Below, piece after piece: positions 26,032 through 42,690 of a stretch of 64,000 nt of DNA. The notes under the pieces are model-generated. The model made no database searches. It had not been told where the DNA came from and saw only the letters and a program-made list of their open reading frames with translations. The DNA comes from the human T2T-CHM13v2.0 reference genome, Homo sapiens, in the NCBI RefSeq assembly GCF_009914755.1, contig NC_060937.1, one strand, 5' to 3'. The translations under genes were made by a program, and so were the position numbers. The number at the start of each line of letters is the position of its first letter. Positions within the stretch are counted from its first letter, which is position 1.

Positions 26032-27382
26032 TAATTTTTTACACTAACATTTGCATTGAGAAACAAGACAATTATGTAGGAACATATTCATAATAACCTG
26101 CTTCAACTTGCAGAATACAACCCTTCCTGAGTCTCTTTAGTTATATTCATAAGGGACTAAAGACCACAGGGGACAGACTTGCTATTAGGAGAGAGCCAAC
26201 GTCTGACTCACCCAATCTTCACCTGGTGGAATAAAAAGCCACCTTGCAAACCTAACATGCTTGCAGTGTCCCTATGTGAATCACCTTCTGCTTCTGTGTT
26301 GAGAGGAAGAAAGCAGCTCCCAAACAGATGGTTTACCATCATGCAGAAGAAAGAGGGGGGAAATGATGGAGTCACTTCTTTCTCCTGCTCATCTACTAGA
26401 TTTGTTTTTTTTAACTCTGGAGGGAACTCATCAGCAAATTTTAAAAGTTATTTAACATATGAGCAAAGCATAGAAAATGGACAGATTGAGGCGGCTGTGT
26501 ACTGTGTTTATATTTTAGTCCTACTTTTTCTATAAAAGAAACCCATGTATTTATTGTGCTTCATCAAGGTACCCACATTTGGGCATTGTTTAGCCCTAGA
26601 GTTTTCATATCCATCCCTCAAGGTGATTTACAATACCCCAAATGACGTATTGTTATTATCACCTAAGCATTAAAGTGGCCTCCATTCAAGTAAAATCAGT
26701 ACTCAGTGAGCAGTAATTGTATTGTGTATAATTACAATTATCCCTGTCCTCCTAACTTTTTGCCAGTGTTCACACTTGCTCACCTTCAATCAGACAGCTT
26801 TGTTTTATTAATATCTATTCAAGTTTTGGTACTTGGTTCCCTGGGAATTTCATCCATTTTACCCACTAGCTTGTTACTTTTCTTCATTTGATTTAATTTG
26901 GATATTATTTTCTAAGTATATGACATTGAAATCTATTATAATTATCAGATTCTATCTGCATGATGATTAAGTTCCCATTTTTTATGCTGATTACTGCTAA
27001 TGTTTCACAAAAGAAAGTGCATTTTACCTGAGCTGCTTTGATTTAAGGATTATGAGCTAACACAGTGTTTCTTTTAAAAATGACAAAACATTTGTTTGCT
27101 TTTTAAAAAGTATCATTTTTGAAGAATAGAAAGTGGGATAAAGAGATTTATTAGTGTCTTAGGAGGCATGTAGTAAAATTAAATCACTTCACATTTTCCA
27201 TACGCCTAATGTTGCTTTCAGATTTGTGTAGAGTATACATATAATTTATTGTCCCAAATGGGGCCTTTTTAAGAGCAAAACAAGGCTTTGTTAATAATTA
27301 AGCTGGACGAGCAGGTACAAACAGAGACTGTTGCCAGCAAACCAGGACAGAGTGACCCTGGATTCAAGGATGCTTGGATATA

Positions 27383-27811
27383 TATTTGACTCTGGACAAC
27401 ACAGGTTTGAACTGCGTGGATCCACTTGTACATGGATTTCCTTTTGCCTCTGCCACCCCTGAGAGAGCAAGACCAACCCCTCCTCTTTCTTCTCCTCCTC
27501 AGCCTACTCAATGTGAAGATGATGAGGATGATGAACTTTGTGATGACCCACTTCCACTTAACCGATAATAAATATACTCCTCCTTGTGATTTTCTTAATA
27601 ACACTTACTTTTATCTAGCTTACTTTATATTGTAGGAATACATATAACGTACACAATATGTGTTAATTAAATTTTTAAGTCATTGATAAGGCTTCAGGTC
27701 AACAGTAGGCTATTAGCAGTGAAGTTTGGGGGGAGTCAAAAGTTATGCATGACTTCTCAACTGTGTGCAATGTTGACACCCCTAACTCCAATGCTGTTCA
27801 GCGTTCAACTG
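27383..27811 (+). mobile_element. Tigger2a (MER28) non-autonomous TcMar DNA transposon
   Basis: TIR-like ends TTGACTCTGGACAACACAGG...TGTTCAGCGTTCAACTG; internal GCCACCCCTGAGAGAGCAAGACCAACCCCTCCTC...CAGCCTACTCAATGTGAAGATGATGAGGATGA. Confidence 0.88.
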
Positions 27812-28018
27812 TGTTGACCCTTTAGATGAAGACTGACAAATGGGAATAGATCCAAGCCTTTCCCGAACTCCCCTATGTCACAAGGGGGCCTATTATCAAT
27901 ATAAAGGTGTTTCCATCCACCATGTTGGAGGCCCCATGCAACTGCTTCTGCTTTTGTCTCAGGTCATTTGACACACTGCTGTTGTTCAGGATCTCACTCT
28001 GTTTACCCTATTCTTTAA

Positions 28019-30243
<2,225 letters not shown>

Positions 30244-30569
30244 AAAAATACTCTCCGCTCTTTAATCTTCTACTGAAATATTCCTCTCTTCCCAATATCA
30301 TCTACAGTAACACTTACAAAAATAGCCCCTGGGTTTGCACTGTAGTTTTAGCTTCTCATTGTAGCTCATGAATATTTCTTCAAGTTGCATTAATTATTTG
30401 CGTATCATTCCTCTATCATGGCAGGAGTGATGGCTTTTCCAACATTTGTACTTACCATGTGACCTGTCACAGTGTAGCTCAACATCCTGTTCACTGAGTT
30501 ACAAGAAAAATAGTGAAGAAGTAATTGCGAAAGTTTGAAATTACACAAGAATTACACTGAGGTTATATA

Positions 30570-30765
30570 ACTAAATCAAGATATTGTTTACTATGTGCCT
30601 GACACTTTGACAAATGCTCTAAAATATTATTTCACATAAGTCCAGACTACACATATGTGACATGCCAATGATAAAGCTGAGATAAGGAAAATTAAATGCT
30701 ATGTCCTGATTCATAGAGGTACTAATTGGCCAGGCTGGATTCAAACTCAAGCCTATCAGATTTTT
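30570..30765 (-). mobile_element. MIR fragment
   Basis: TTTACTATGTGCCTGACACTTTGACAAATGCT...AAAGCTGAGA...GGATTCAAACTCAAGCC. Confidence 0.55.
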
Positions 30766-31489
30766 ATGTTGTTAGTGCAATAATGTGATGAGCAGCCCCA
30801 TGGTTCTTCATCTAGTCACTTCTGATAACATAAAACATATTCCCTGGGTTGTTGCTCTCTACTTTCTGTTTATCTTTTTATTTACAACATAGGTAAATCA
30901 GTTTCAGTTTCTTTCACATTTTCTCATATTCATTCAGGATTTGACCATTATTCTGACAAATTAAACTATTCCTTTCTATTTATCTTAGTTTCATTTCCAG
31001 TTTATTCTATCAATATTTCATAGTTTTAAATATGAGTCTCTTAGAGTTCCCTATGCAGTCTCCTAGATTTTGGTAGCTATTTTGGTATCTTTTTCTCAGT
31101 GAGATTGTTCATAATTCTGCAGTTCAGTGGCTTTTTTTTTTTAACATTTCCATTCTCCTTGAGCAATATTTCATTTCTGAAAAATCACCCAAAGAAAATG
31201 AAATCACCACCTCATAAAAATATTTGCATTCCCATGTTTATTACAGTATTGTTCACAATAACCAAGATATAGAAACAACCTAAGTGTCCACTGAGAGATG
31301 AATACATAAAATAATCTGTGGGACATGCATACAATGGGATCTTATTCAGACCTAATAAAGAGCTAAATCATCTCATCTGCCTCATTGGATAAGCCTGGAG
31401 GACATTATGCTAAGTGAAGTAAGCCAGACAGACAAAAAATATATTGCACGATCTCACTTATGTGGAATATTTAAAAATATGTCCAATAT

Positions 31490-31876
<387 letters not shown>

Positions 31877-32544
31877 CTAGAGAATAAAACAGTGGTTCCC
31901 AAGGGTGAGAAAAGATGGAGAAATAGGGTGATATAGGTCAAAGGATATAAAGTAGAGGTATGTAGAATAATCAAGCTAGAGATCTAATATACAACATGAA
32001 GATTATAGGTAATAAAATTGTACTGTGTATGGGATTCATTGTAAACAATTATGTTTTAGCTGCTCTAGGCACACAAGAAAGGGGTATCTATGTGAGATGA
32101 TGCATAAGTATGATTACTTCATTATAGTAACCTCTTTACTGTCTTTATGCATCCCATAACATCACGCTGTATACCTTAACTGTAGACAATAAAACTTATT
32201 ACAGAGTAAAAGGAAAGTTTGTTGATGGAAGCAAATCTATTTTTTGCCTAATTTTATTTTTTAAAAAATATTTCCAAAGACATGGTTTTATATTTCACTA
32301 GGATCAGCATCTGCTTCTTGCTTTGGAAAGCATGGTCATATGAGGCTGTGCAGAGTATTAAAGAACACAAGCAACCCAGGTGCAAATGCTGACTGCATGA
32401 CTCTGCTGTTGCCATTCTTTAAGCAACCAGAAGCTACCTGTCTTAGAAACAGGTCCATTCTCTCAAATGCCATTCTTTCAGATTCCCATGTGGCCAGCTT
32501 GCTCTTTCCTTGGGATATTCAGTCAACAGCAATTTTTTTCAGTG

Positions 32545-32832
32545 ACTTTCAAGACCATCTATTTTAAAATGACCCCTTTCCACTTTACTCCCTAGTCAAT
32601 ATTCTTACCTTACAATTCCCCGTGATACTTATGAGTTTCAGTGCAATGTATATACATATATAAAAATATGTATATAAAACTTATACATTTATTTCTTAGG
32701 TCTCCTCCACAGTGGAATGTAAGTCCTAGGAAAGGAAATTGTTTTTACTTAGCTCAGTGCTTTATCTCCAGTGCCTAGAACAGTATCTAGCACGTGGTAG
32801 GTATTCAATAAATATTTTTTGACTGAGCGAAT
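32545..32832 (+). mobile_element. L2a 3' end
   Basis: GAATGTAAG...TATCTCCAGTGCCTAGAACAGTATCTAGCACGTGGTAGGTATTCAATAAATATTT. Confidence 0.8.
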
Positions 32833-34385
32833 TTTTAAAATTGTGTTTTTATTAACCTGCTGTTTAGAAGACCAATAACAAAGCCTTAACTGAAGTAATT
32901 GTATGAAGCTGTAATTGTGGAGTTTGAAATCAGACTAAAGACTGTGGGATGCGGGTGGGGTGCATTTCAAGAGAATTCATCATTCTGATTTCCCCATAAA
33001 TTACTCATCATATGAAGTGGCCAATAATAAGTTGTGTAGAAGTAAGTGGAACTTGCTATAGTTATGACTTTTCCTGTAAAGGAATAATAAAAATAGATCT
33101 CCTACTTCTAATTGGGCCAACTTCTACTTACTTTAAATATTATATAATTTTATTTAAATTAGGATTGAATTAAAATTCACTAACAGATACTCAAACAGAA
33201 AATGACTTTTGGTGTATTAGCTGAATGCGTGTAAGTCATCCTACATTCTGCCCTTACCAGCAACAACTGTACTAGGATTCACCTCTTGCAGGGCAAAGTC
33301 AAAACATGGATTTAATCCAATTTTTAATCAGCTGTACAGATGGGTTTATTTCACAAATGCGCTATGCTGCACAGATGGAAGTTCCTGAATGCCTGACAAG
33401 GTGTTAAAACAGTTACTGATATTACAAAGGAATTAAAAATCAGCATAGGAAATTATAATTAGTAGAGGCTTGGTCTCTGAAGAGTTTATTAGCTCAGCAC
33501 TTATATTTTGTCCTTGGCACCAAAAGAATACATTTTTTGGTGAAGAAAATTTAAAAGTACACATTAGGCTTATATGATCTTGCATTCTTACATGAATTAT
33601 TTTTTGGCATGTAAGGACCTTGTGGCTTCTGTAAAATACTAAACTAGAAAAAACATATAAATTCATGTATTTTAAAAGGTATTTTTGAGATTTGGATGCT
33701 TCAAGTGTCATCCAATCTAAAATATAATGATAAAAGCAATACTTCAATCATGAAGCTGGCACATAAGTAATGAACTTACTTTAGTTATATTCATTTCAAT
33801 AACATCTATCACATAATAATCAGGAAGAAATGGCTACATCTCGGGCTCAAACAATCAAAAGCCTCTAGGCACTCTGAAAATCTGCCCCAAACACCTGTGG
33901 TTCTTTATTAAGAGCTTATTTTCTTTGTGAAAAAGAACAGCCATTAAAGAGATAAGATGCTTTAATTATTTTGTCCAAGTAAATCTCAATATATCAAACT
34001 TCTTGGATTCAGAATTTGGTATTTCGACTCTCCCTAATTTTTCTATCATGAACCTATTACACCTTTCCTGGTGAGTCCTTCCCTCTTTCCTCCCAGCCCC
34101 ACTCTATCTCCTCTGCCAACTGCAGATGTTGTTAAGAATTTACAAGCATTTTATTGATGAAATGAAAAAATCCTTAATTCCTACAGACTTGGAATTAGAA
34201 GAATTTTAATGGCACAGACATGCCTAATGTATTTTTAAATTTACATTAAATAGTTTATTAACCATAATTTTTTCCTAGTCCAACAAAAGAACTAAGAAAG
34301 CAAGAGAGAATGCAGGAGAGATAGCTGTCAGCTGGCAGATTGATTGATTTTTTTCAATGGGGTATCAATCATGGTAATCTCTAGA

Positions 34386-34720
34386 ACTAGGCGGCCCAAT
34401 GTGGTAGTCACAACACGCGATTAATGAACATTTGAAATCTGACTAGTCTAAACTGAGATATGTGCTCTAAGTGTAAAATACACATTAGATTTCAAAAGAA
34501 AAAAAGCCAACAATGTCATTGATATTTTTGCAGCAATTTCCTGAAGAAGTGATGTTTTAGGCACATAAGATTCAATTAATATATTATTAAAATCAATTAA
34601 TTACAATTTATTTTCGCCATTCCTTTTATTTTTATGAATATAGCTACTAAAAAAATTAAAATTACAGGTGTGACTCACATTTGTGGCTCATATTACAATT
34701 CTATTTTACAGCATTGGTCT
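34386..34720. mobile_element. MER33 (hAT-Charlie MITE)
   Basis: CCAATGTGGTAGTCAC...AACTGAGATATGTGCTCTAAGTGTAAAATACACATTAGATTTCAAA...AAAATTACAGGTGTGACTCACATTTGTGGCTCATATTA. Confidence 0.78.
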
Positions 34721-36067
34721 GGAGTTTATTCAGAGAGAATATCTCAAGTAAGGGAGTGTGTCCTGTAAGAGGTAATTATACATAACTTCAGTCAGATAAA
34801 TAAGCTTGCTTTTCTGTCAAATGGTAATGGATATTATTAATGTTTCTAAATTAATGACCCGCTATACAGCTATGGCTCATTTAACATAAATTAATCTAAA
34901 CAATTTCACATTTATGTGTTTTATTTTTGTTTTTCCCATTGCAAGAAAACAAACTTTCTGTAAAACAGCAAGGCAGGTCTACAGCTAGAATCACAGCAGC
35001 TCCATAGGCCGTTTAGCTTGTTGAAGGTCTCAGTTGCTCACAGATTTCTACTTCTCTGCATGCTACTTCGTCTTTTTTATCTAGTACATATCTTCTCGAC
35101 TCCTCACTGTTTTAGTCCTTGTCCCTCTCAGCTTTGGCCATTACACGACCCCAGAGTGCTGTTCTCCAGACTCTGCACGTGAATTTCTTTTCTTTTTTGC
35201 TTTTGTTCCCAGTGTTCTCAGCCCATTCTTTATTTCATAATTCACATTCTATAGAGAGGAAATCTGATAGTCCTTGCCCATCTTGTCCTACTCTGCCATA
35301 GCTCAAAAGTGACTGGCTAGGCTTTGTATGCTGGAGCCAAGAAAGACTAAGTCACCATGCCAAAAAAATTAACAGACACCTCGATCATACTTTAACCCAA
35401 AGTATAAGCAGAATAGTTCCCCTTAAAGGTGGTATGTGAAGGCAGGTATATTCTGAACACTGTCATGAACAATAGAAGAAATTAAATAAACCTAACTGAA
35501 ACCAATACATAGTCTCCTACCAAAATCAGAAACTGATGTTTATAAAAAATATGTATACATTTTAATGGTTATTATTTTAAGTAATTCAAATTCATTTACA
35601 AAACACACAAAAAACAAACACATAAAATCACTTCAGATATATTACAAAATAAACAAACAAAAGGAATGAGATGATCTTTCTGTTATACTCAGCAATGCAT
35701 AATGTTTGTATTTGACACTATCTATTCTTTCCTCTAAACATTATAAGTCCTCTATTTCTTATATATTTACTGACTTACTTTAGGTACAACATAACAGTAT
35801 TAAAATACCTTTAGTATTATCAAACTGTATACAAAGTCACATAATTGTTTCTTTTAAATTCATTTTAATGATTGCCACATCCTTGAACATGATTTAATTT
35901 TAACTAAGGGTTAAATGTAGCAGAATAAATCCCAAAATTCAAAATGGTAAGATGAAATTAAATAATTGAGAAAACCTTCATAAACAAGTTAGATTATACA
36001 TCAACTTCATTAAGGAAAAAATAGCCATATAAAAATTATTTAGCATAGAAATTTATCACAAATATGT

Positions 36068-36564
36068 TGAGGATGCTGTTTACCTACCTCCAGAGCCTCT
36101 CTTGTCTTCCCTCTTACAAATAGTACTATAATGTTTAGCAAGGTACATTGCCACCAGATGTAAAAGACTACACCTACCAATATCCCTCATATTTAGGTAT
36201 TACCAGATGCCTAAATTTGGGTCAATAGGCTATTAGCAGAAATATTTTATGAGACATCTGAAATTTTTCTTTAGAAAAGGATGGTTTTACCTATTTTCCT
36301 TCCTTTGTGCTTTAGCTACCTGGACTGAAAAAATGCAGTGTAGAGTTGTAAAAGCCCTCCTAGGACCTGTGGTGAATTTCAGAATGAAAGCCATGTTCCA
36401 AGACATTGTCTCAGGACTCTGGCACACCAGGAAGCAATCCAGAAACCCTGGACCACCCATCTTCAGACTTAGTTTACGTTTAGGTAAATAATCCTCTATA
36501 TGTCTTAAGTGAGTCTTATTTTGAGTTTTTCTATTACATGCAGCTGAATCTATTCCTTACTGAC
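36068..36564 (+). mobile_element. LTR16C-like ERVL LTR
   Basis: AAAAGACTACA...CCAATATCCCT...CTAAATTTGGGTCAATAGG...AGCAGAA; ends ACATGCAGCTGAATCTATTCCTTACTGACA. Confidence 0.6.
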
Positions 36565-38094
36565 AGAGTGTTTCAAACATTAAAATCATGTTATTATTTT
36601 AATTCACACAACCATTTCCTCAAAGACTTATAAATATAAAACCGTTCCATAAGTGTCTCCATAGATGTGTATTAAAACAATCAAACTAACAACATTTTAT
36701 ATTTGGTTGGGCATATACTTTATCAATACAAAACAATTTAGATTGCAAATATTATTTTATATAAATAGGCTAGTTAAAATATAGCCCTGAGGTAAATACA
36801 TTATATTGCTATTTCCAAAAGAGAAATGATACATAATTGCCCTGATCTTACTTTATAAACTATAGAAAACCTCTAACTAGTGAGCCTCTGTCTTATTTTT
36901 TTTAACTTTAAAGGGTTCTTCTGCATACGATCCTTCCCTTTTATTTTGGAAAGTCTTCATTAGTAGTTCTACTATTATTAAAAGTTATAAACCTAACACA
37001 TGTAAAAATTCTAATATTGTATTTCTTTCTTAAAAAATTAGATGATGCTAATCACATTTTTTACACCTACTTTATTCAGTTAACAGGATAGCAGCTTCAT
37101 CAGCCATGGCATTATTCTCCAAAAGTAAATAACTTTTCATTAGAGTTAAACCATGCTTTACATATCCATTGGATATTGTAGGTTTGTCTAATGTTTCACT
37201 AAAATAAGCCATAATAAAAAGTAAATAAATCCTTGTCTGTATTATCTATTATGCCTCTAGAAAACTGATGAGTGAAATTTTGAGTTAAAAGACTTGAGTG
37301 TTTTTAGTATGAATACTTTCAAGTTGATCTGTTCGAAGAGTGTATTATTTTACAGTACTCTTCATCGTACCTTTACTCAAAAAGGTCACTCAATGATTTT
37401 TTTTTATTTTACTGACGATAATTTTGCTTTAATTTGGATTAATAAATTTCTCCTTATTTTTAATGTAAGAGAAGTGGAGATATCTTAGAAGTATTTACCC
37501 CAGAGAATATATATTGATCAAAACAAGAAAAGTGTCATTATTTTCAATCTGCTTCAGAGAATTTCATTCTATGAGTAAGTCATAGGATATCAGCAACATT
37601 AAGGTGACATTTCTGTATATCTATCTTTTGGCTATACTTCCTTTGATTTGTTAATCCAACAGAAAGTTGTTGACAAAAAGGGTGAGTATTAATTCACTCT
37701 TTCACCATTTTCCCCAATTGAGGAACGTCACTGAGTAGGGCATGTATGGATCACCCTACATCTTGATTTTTACTCACTGATTATTGTGAAGACTTTATGG
37801 GTTTTTCCAAAAAAAAAAAAAATTTACTGTTTGAGACTGTTATTTATCTAACTAGGAAGAGATAGCAGTGTCCCATTTTTGAGTTTTAAAAATAATATTG
37901 ATAGAAGTATAATACTGCTATAAAACAACTAGGTAACAATTTTGCCTATAGAGCGCTGCCCAGCAATTAAATGATTATTTTATGTTCCATTATCTCATTT
38001 AATTTATTAGTTCTTTATGGAGCAAAATTTGAATATCCATACTCATACTGTTCTGATAGCCTAATCAATGTTCCCCTGGTTACATGGCTAATTA

Positions 38095-38612
38095 GCACCC
38101 ATGGCAAATTGGTTGAATGGGCAATATCGATTTCTCTCACTTTCCTAATAGAACCTTGGTATTATTTGAGCTGTTTACCTATGCTACATACAGCCACATG
38201 CATCAAGGAAAGCTAGGCACAATTCCCTTGAGAAAGCAATTTCTCATGAGAATCAGCCATGTGGCATTGCCCTGATGACCACCTCCAATCAAGAATTAGG
38301 CCCATTATGCAAGCTGGCCCAATACAATCCAAGGAGAAGGCTTATGCTGTATGCTTAGGGGAAAGCTTGCTCTTATGGACTCCTATGCATCAAGAAAACT
38401 GTCCCAATTGTCACTTGCATTCATCTTGAATGAAACTGATGCTGGATGGCAAAATACAGAAGAAGAAAGTTCTGATTTTCTCAGTGACGTTATTGAGCTA
38501 TTGATCTGATTGCATCAAGATATTTAAGCGAAGTACAAATTTTCTTATCTTTTAGAAAGGGAGCTTAATTCAAGATTTCTATTACTTGCAGCCAAAATCA
38601 TCCAAAGATACC
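38095..38612 (+). mobile_element. MLT1(K/L)-like MaLR LTR
   Basis: TTCCTAATAGAACC...; ends TTTCTATTACTTGCAGCCAAAATCATCCAAAGATAC. Confidence 0.5.
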
Positions 38613-39267
38613 CCTGACCTATCTTTCAACTGCACTACCCTGCAAGAAGGCAGGACTAGCTTCCTTAAGAAAATATCCCATTTGGGTAACTGTATAATTT
38701 AAAGGTAGCAAACACCTTGGAAGCCCTGACAATTAAGACAGACATTAAACAAAAAGTAAAGTCGTTAGTATTTGGGAAAATTTAACCTTGATTAAACTTC
38801 AAGGAAAAGAAAGGAGATAAAAAAATTCTCATCATGCATATTAAGGAGAAGAAAAAATAAAACACAACTGATTATGAATTACAAGAGATGTCGAAGCATT
38901 GCACTAAAAAGTACAAAGAAGACAATACGTATGATAGTGACAGATTCACAAAAACAAATCAAAATAATATTTATCCAACATCTTAACCAAGCTTCTCCAA
39001 ATGACAAAAATTTAGTCAAAAAACAGTCCTGACTTTGAATAATTTAGGTGGGAAGTAGAATAAATTATGGATTCCTAGTCTGCACTTATTTTTGTGTGCA
39101 GTTAATCACAAGACCCTCAACCCCATGCTGTACCACTTGGTGTGACTCCTATCTCTTTAGACACTACCTCTGATGCACAAACTTAAGACAGCACACGGTA
39201 AAGAACACAGCACTTTTTATATGTGAGCCTGTATTGTTAGTATTTTTCCAAAGTGAAGACTTTTTTA

Positions 39268-39703
<436 letters not shown>

Positions 39704-40020
39704 TCACCAAAAGAGAATTTTTCTTCCCCTTCATCCAATCAGTTGGCGACCCAGTGCCATAACTACCTATTTTTATGTGGAATATAGGCCTTCTATTTAA
39801 CTATGACACAGTAATAAAGTGTTTAGTATGAAAGCATATCAAGGTAATTAATCCACTTATTAAAAGAGGAGAGTTCTCCAAAGATAAAGGTATAGAAGTT
39901 GATAATATACAACCTTTTTGTACCCTCATTTTGGTTCATGTTTGAAAGAGGGAACAGTGTAGGCACAGGAGACCTAGAGTTCGTGCAAATTTCTGTTGTA
40001 CTATACTGATATTTAGCAAG

Positions 40021-40347
40021 TGTCTTCATCCACTTTGTGTTGCTAGAACAAATACCTTGGGTTAGATAATTATAAACACCATAATTTATTTCTTCACAAT
40101 CCCGAAGTCCAAGATCAAGCCACCAGCATCTGATGAGGGCCTTCTTGTTACATCCTCACATGGTGGTAGGGCAAGAGAGAGCCAAGGTCTTCCTTAAGCC
40201 CTTTTTATAATGGCATTAACCCATTTATGGCAGCAGAGCCCTCATCAACTAAATCCCTCTCAAAAGGCCTCGCCTCCCAACCCTGTTGCATTGCAGATTA
40301 AGTTTTCAACACATGAATTTCAAAGGGGATACATTCAAACCATAGCA
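40021..40347 (-). mobile_element. MST(C/D)-like MaLR LTR nested in a MIR
   Basis: GAAGTCCAAGATCAAG...GAGGGCCTTCTTG...GAGCCCTCAT...GATTAAGTTTTCAACACATGAATTT...ACATTCAAACCATAGCA; MIR-like text on both sides (~39950-40020 and 40348-40500). Confidence 0.82.
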
Positions 40348-40857
40348 TTAACCTTGGGTAAGTTATATGATTCACTTGACTTTCTCCTGCCTCATCTATA
40401 ATATAGAATAACAATATACACATAATAAGAATTGATAGTTAAGTTGAATAGTATTTGTAAAGGCATTTATCGTGACGTCCAGCATGCTCAGCATCTTCCT
40501 ATTGTTCCTAATATTAGGTTTTGGAATTGGCATGCTAGCTCACTGACTTCCACTCTGAATTTCAGGTTGAAACTTCAGTCTATCATCTCCCAGGGTACAA
40601 AGCTAAACAGTAATTTTTTTTTTTTTTTTTTTTTTTTTGCTGGGCTCCAAGTCAGTATCTTAAAGGCTCAAGGGAAAAATCAAAACAAAATAAAACAAAA
40701 AAAATCCAAACAAACTTAACTTATCCAGCTACTATCCTCACAGCAGTATTGTAAAAATCAATGATCCATCCCTGTTGTTTTTCCTATTTATTCTTTCCTC
40801 TTTCCCAGCAACACAGGACTCAGGCACAATTTCCTAGAGATAAGACTTCCAGTCTGA

Positions 40858-40966
40858 CTAGCACATGTAGAATTGTCCTGGTTTTCTAAAAATCCACTTG
40901 ATTTAAGAAAATCTAGCACATCTAGAATTGTCCTGGTTCCCTAAAAATCCACTGGATTTAAAAAAT
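40858..40966. repeat. ~55-bp tandem duplication (2 copies)
   Basis: CTAGCACAT(G/C)TAGAATTGTCCTGGTT..CTAAAAATCCACT(T/G)GATTTAA(G)AAAAT at 40858-40912 and 40913-40966. Confidence 0.93.
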
Positions 40967-41049
40967 CTGTCTGCTCTTCTTTCTCTCCTGGCCTTCAACC
41001 AGAAATCTCAGCAATCCTAAACCCTCAAGCAACAGTTACAGCAACAAAC

Positions 41050-41255
41050 TTCTCCCACTTACAAGTGCTTTCTCTGTGTCAATGTCTGAACCAAGACGTT
41101 TATAGCTACTGTCTTCTTTAATCTTCACAAAATCTCTATGGATTATGGGTAATTCAGACCCTGAGTAACCGGCTGAAATTTAGCAGGGTGAAATGTGACA
41201 AAATTGAGATGTGAATCAATGTTTGACTTCATAGCCTAGGCTCTTAACCAGCACC
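41050..41255 (-). mobile_element. MIR fragment
   Basis: TTTAATCTTCACAAAATCTCTATG...GTTTGACTTCATAGCCTAGGCTCTTAACCA. Confidence 0.55.
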
Positions 41256-41619
41256 CTTTCACCTCAAGGCAATCTCCCCCGTGGCTAATAGTTTCTATTA
41301 GCCAGGCCATTAACATTGCAAGAACTTCTATTTCAATTAGTTTCTGTTGTCTTAGTGCATATTGAGACAATTCTTTCCTTGGCAATTGGACAAACTTAAA
41401 ATTTTACCTCCAGCTCATCAAAAGAGTCTCTATACAATATGGCACAAATCTATCCACAGTGGGTTTATTTTTTTTTATTTTTTTTCCAGCTAGGAACATT
41501 TTTGCTCAGAATCTAGCTTTTATTTAAGAGCAACCAAAACTACTTTAAGTCTCTAAAATAGATTATATATACTTTATGACTCTATATTCTCCATTAGTAA
41601 AGCAAAATTTAAGATTGCA

Positions 41620-41845
41620 ACTTCCTCTCAGCACTGTGTATCCCCGTTTTATGCTCTGTTGGTCTTACTAACATTTATCAATTTCTATAGACCATATAAT
41701 TCACTTGTTTCTTTTGTACAATATCTGGCATTGTGAAAGGCAAGCTCCATAAGAATAGAATTTTTGTCAGTGTTGTTTGCTGCTATATTCTTGCATCTAG
41801 AACTTTGTCTGTCATTTACTTGGTGTCTAACAAATAAGTGAGCAG
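41620..41845 (+). mobile_element. L2 3' end
   Basis: AAGCTCCATAAGAATAGAATTTTTGTC...TGCTATATTCTTGCATCTAGAAC...CAAATAAGTG. Confidence 0.65.
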
Positions 41846-41929
41846 TGTACAAACTGTTCTATTCTTCAGCAAAAAATTCTGTCTATTTGAGTAAGGCTGG
41901 AGTCTAGTTACCAATATTGTTGTCAACCA

Positions 41930-42690
41930 AGATTATTTCTAGGGCATCTATCTTCTAATGCAATATCTGGGTTGCAGGGTAGTTACCAGGTAATGCTAAA
42001 CGTTTTTAAGGTGGCTCTACCAATTTTTGTTTCCATGATTAATAAGAATTTTACTGAAGCCACATGCAGACCACTTAACAATGTAAGACAAATTTTTTTT
42101 GGTTAATTAAGTAAATGTAAAACGGTATTTCATTGTTTATTACTTGACATTTCTGTAATAAATAATAAGGTGGGACATTATTTTATATAGTTGTAAACCT
42201 TTATGCTTTCTCCTCTGTAAACATTTTTTGGCAATTTTTTCCCCAAAAGATTTGGTTGTTTTCTTATTGATTCCTAGCAGTTCATAATATGCTTTGGATA
42301 GTAATCATTCATGAGTTAAATAAGTTGCAAATATCTTCTAGCTTGACTTTTTACTCATTTTTCAATCACCTCTCACAAAGAGAGGTTCTAATTTTTTGTA
42401 GTTGAATGTATTAACCTTTTCTGCATAATTTATAATTGTGCCTGCTTTATAAAATTTCCTGTCTATGAAGATATATTTCTATATTGTCTTCTTAAAGTCT
42501 ATTTGTTTTGCATTATATATTTGGTTTTTTAATTCATCTATAATTGATTTTGTGTATGGTGTGAGGCAGGGGCCTGTTTAATGTTTTTAGTAAAATGAAT
42601 AACCAACTCTTTCATCAATAGAGTAAATCCTATCCTTTTTCCCATGACATAAATTGCCACCTGTCATATATCAAGTATCCTTATTTATTT
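41930..42690 (-). mobile_element. L1ME-type fragment
   Basis: Antisense L1 3' text: GGTATTTCATTGTT...TTCTTATTGATT...GTTGCAAATATCTTCT...ATTGATTTTGTGTATGGTGTGAGGCAGGGG. Confidence 0.7.

Noticed and set aside
27269-27635. Overlapping ORFs with an acidic EDDEDDE stretch
   Set aside because: Internal sequence of non-autonomous Tigger2a.
34940-35460. Possible very old MaLR/LTR remnant
   Set aside because: Only a short motif (AGAGAGGAAATCTGATAG) is suggestive; not enough to name a family.
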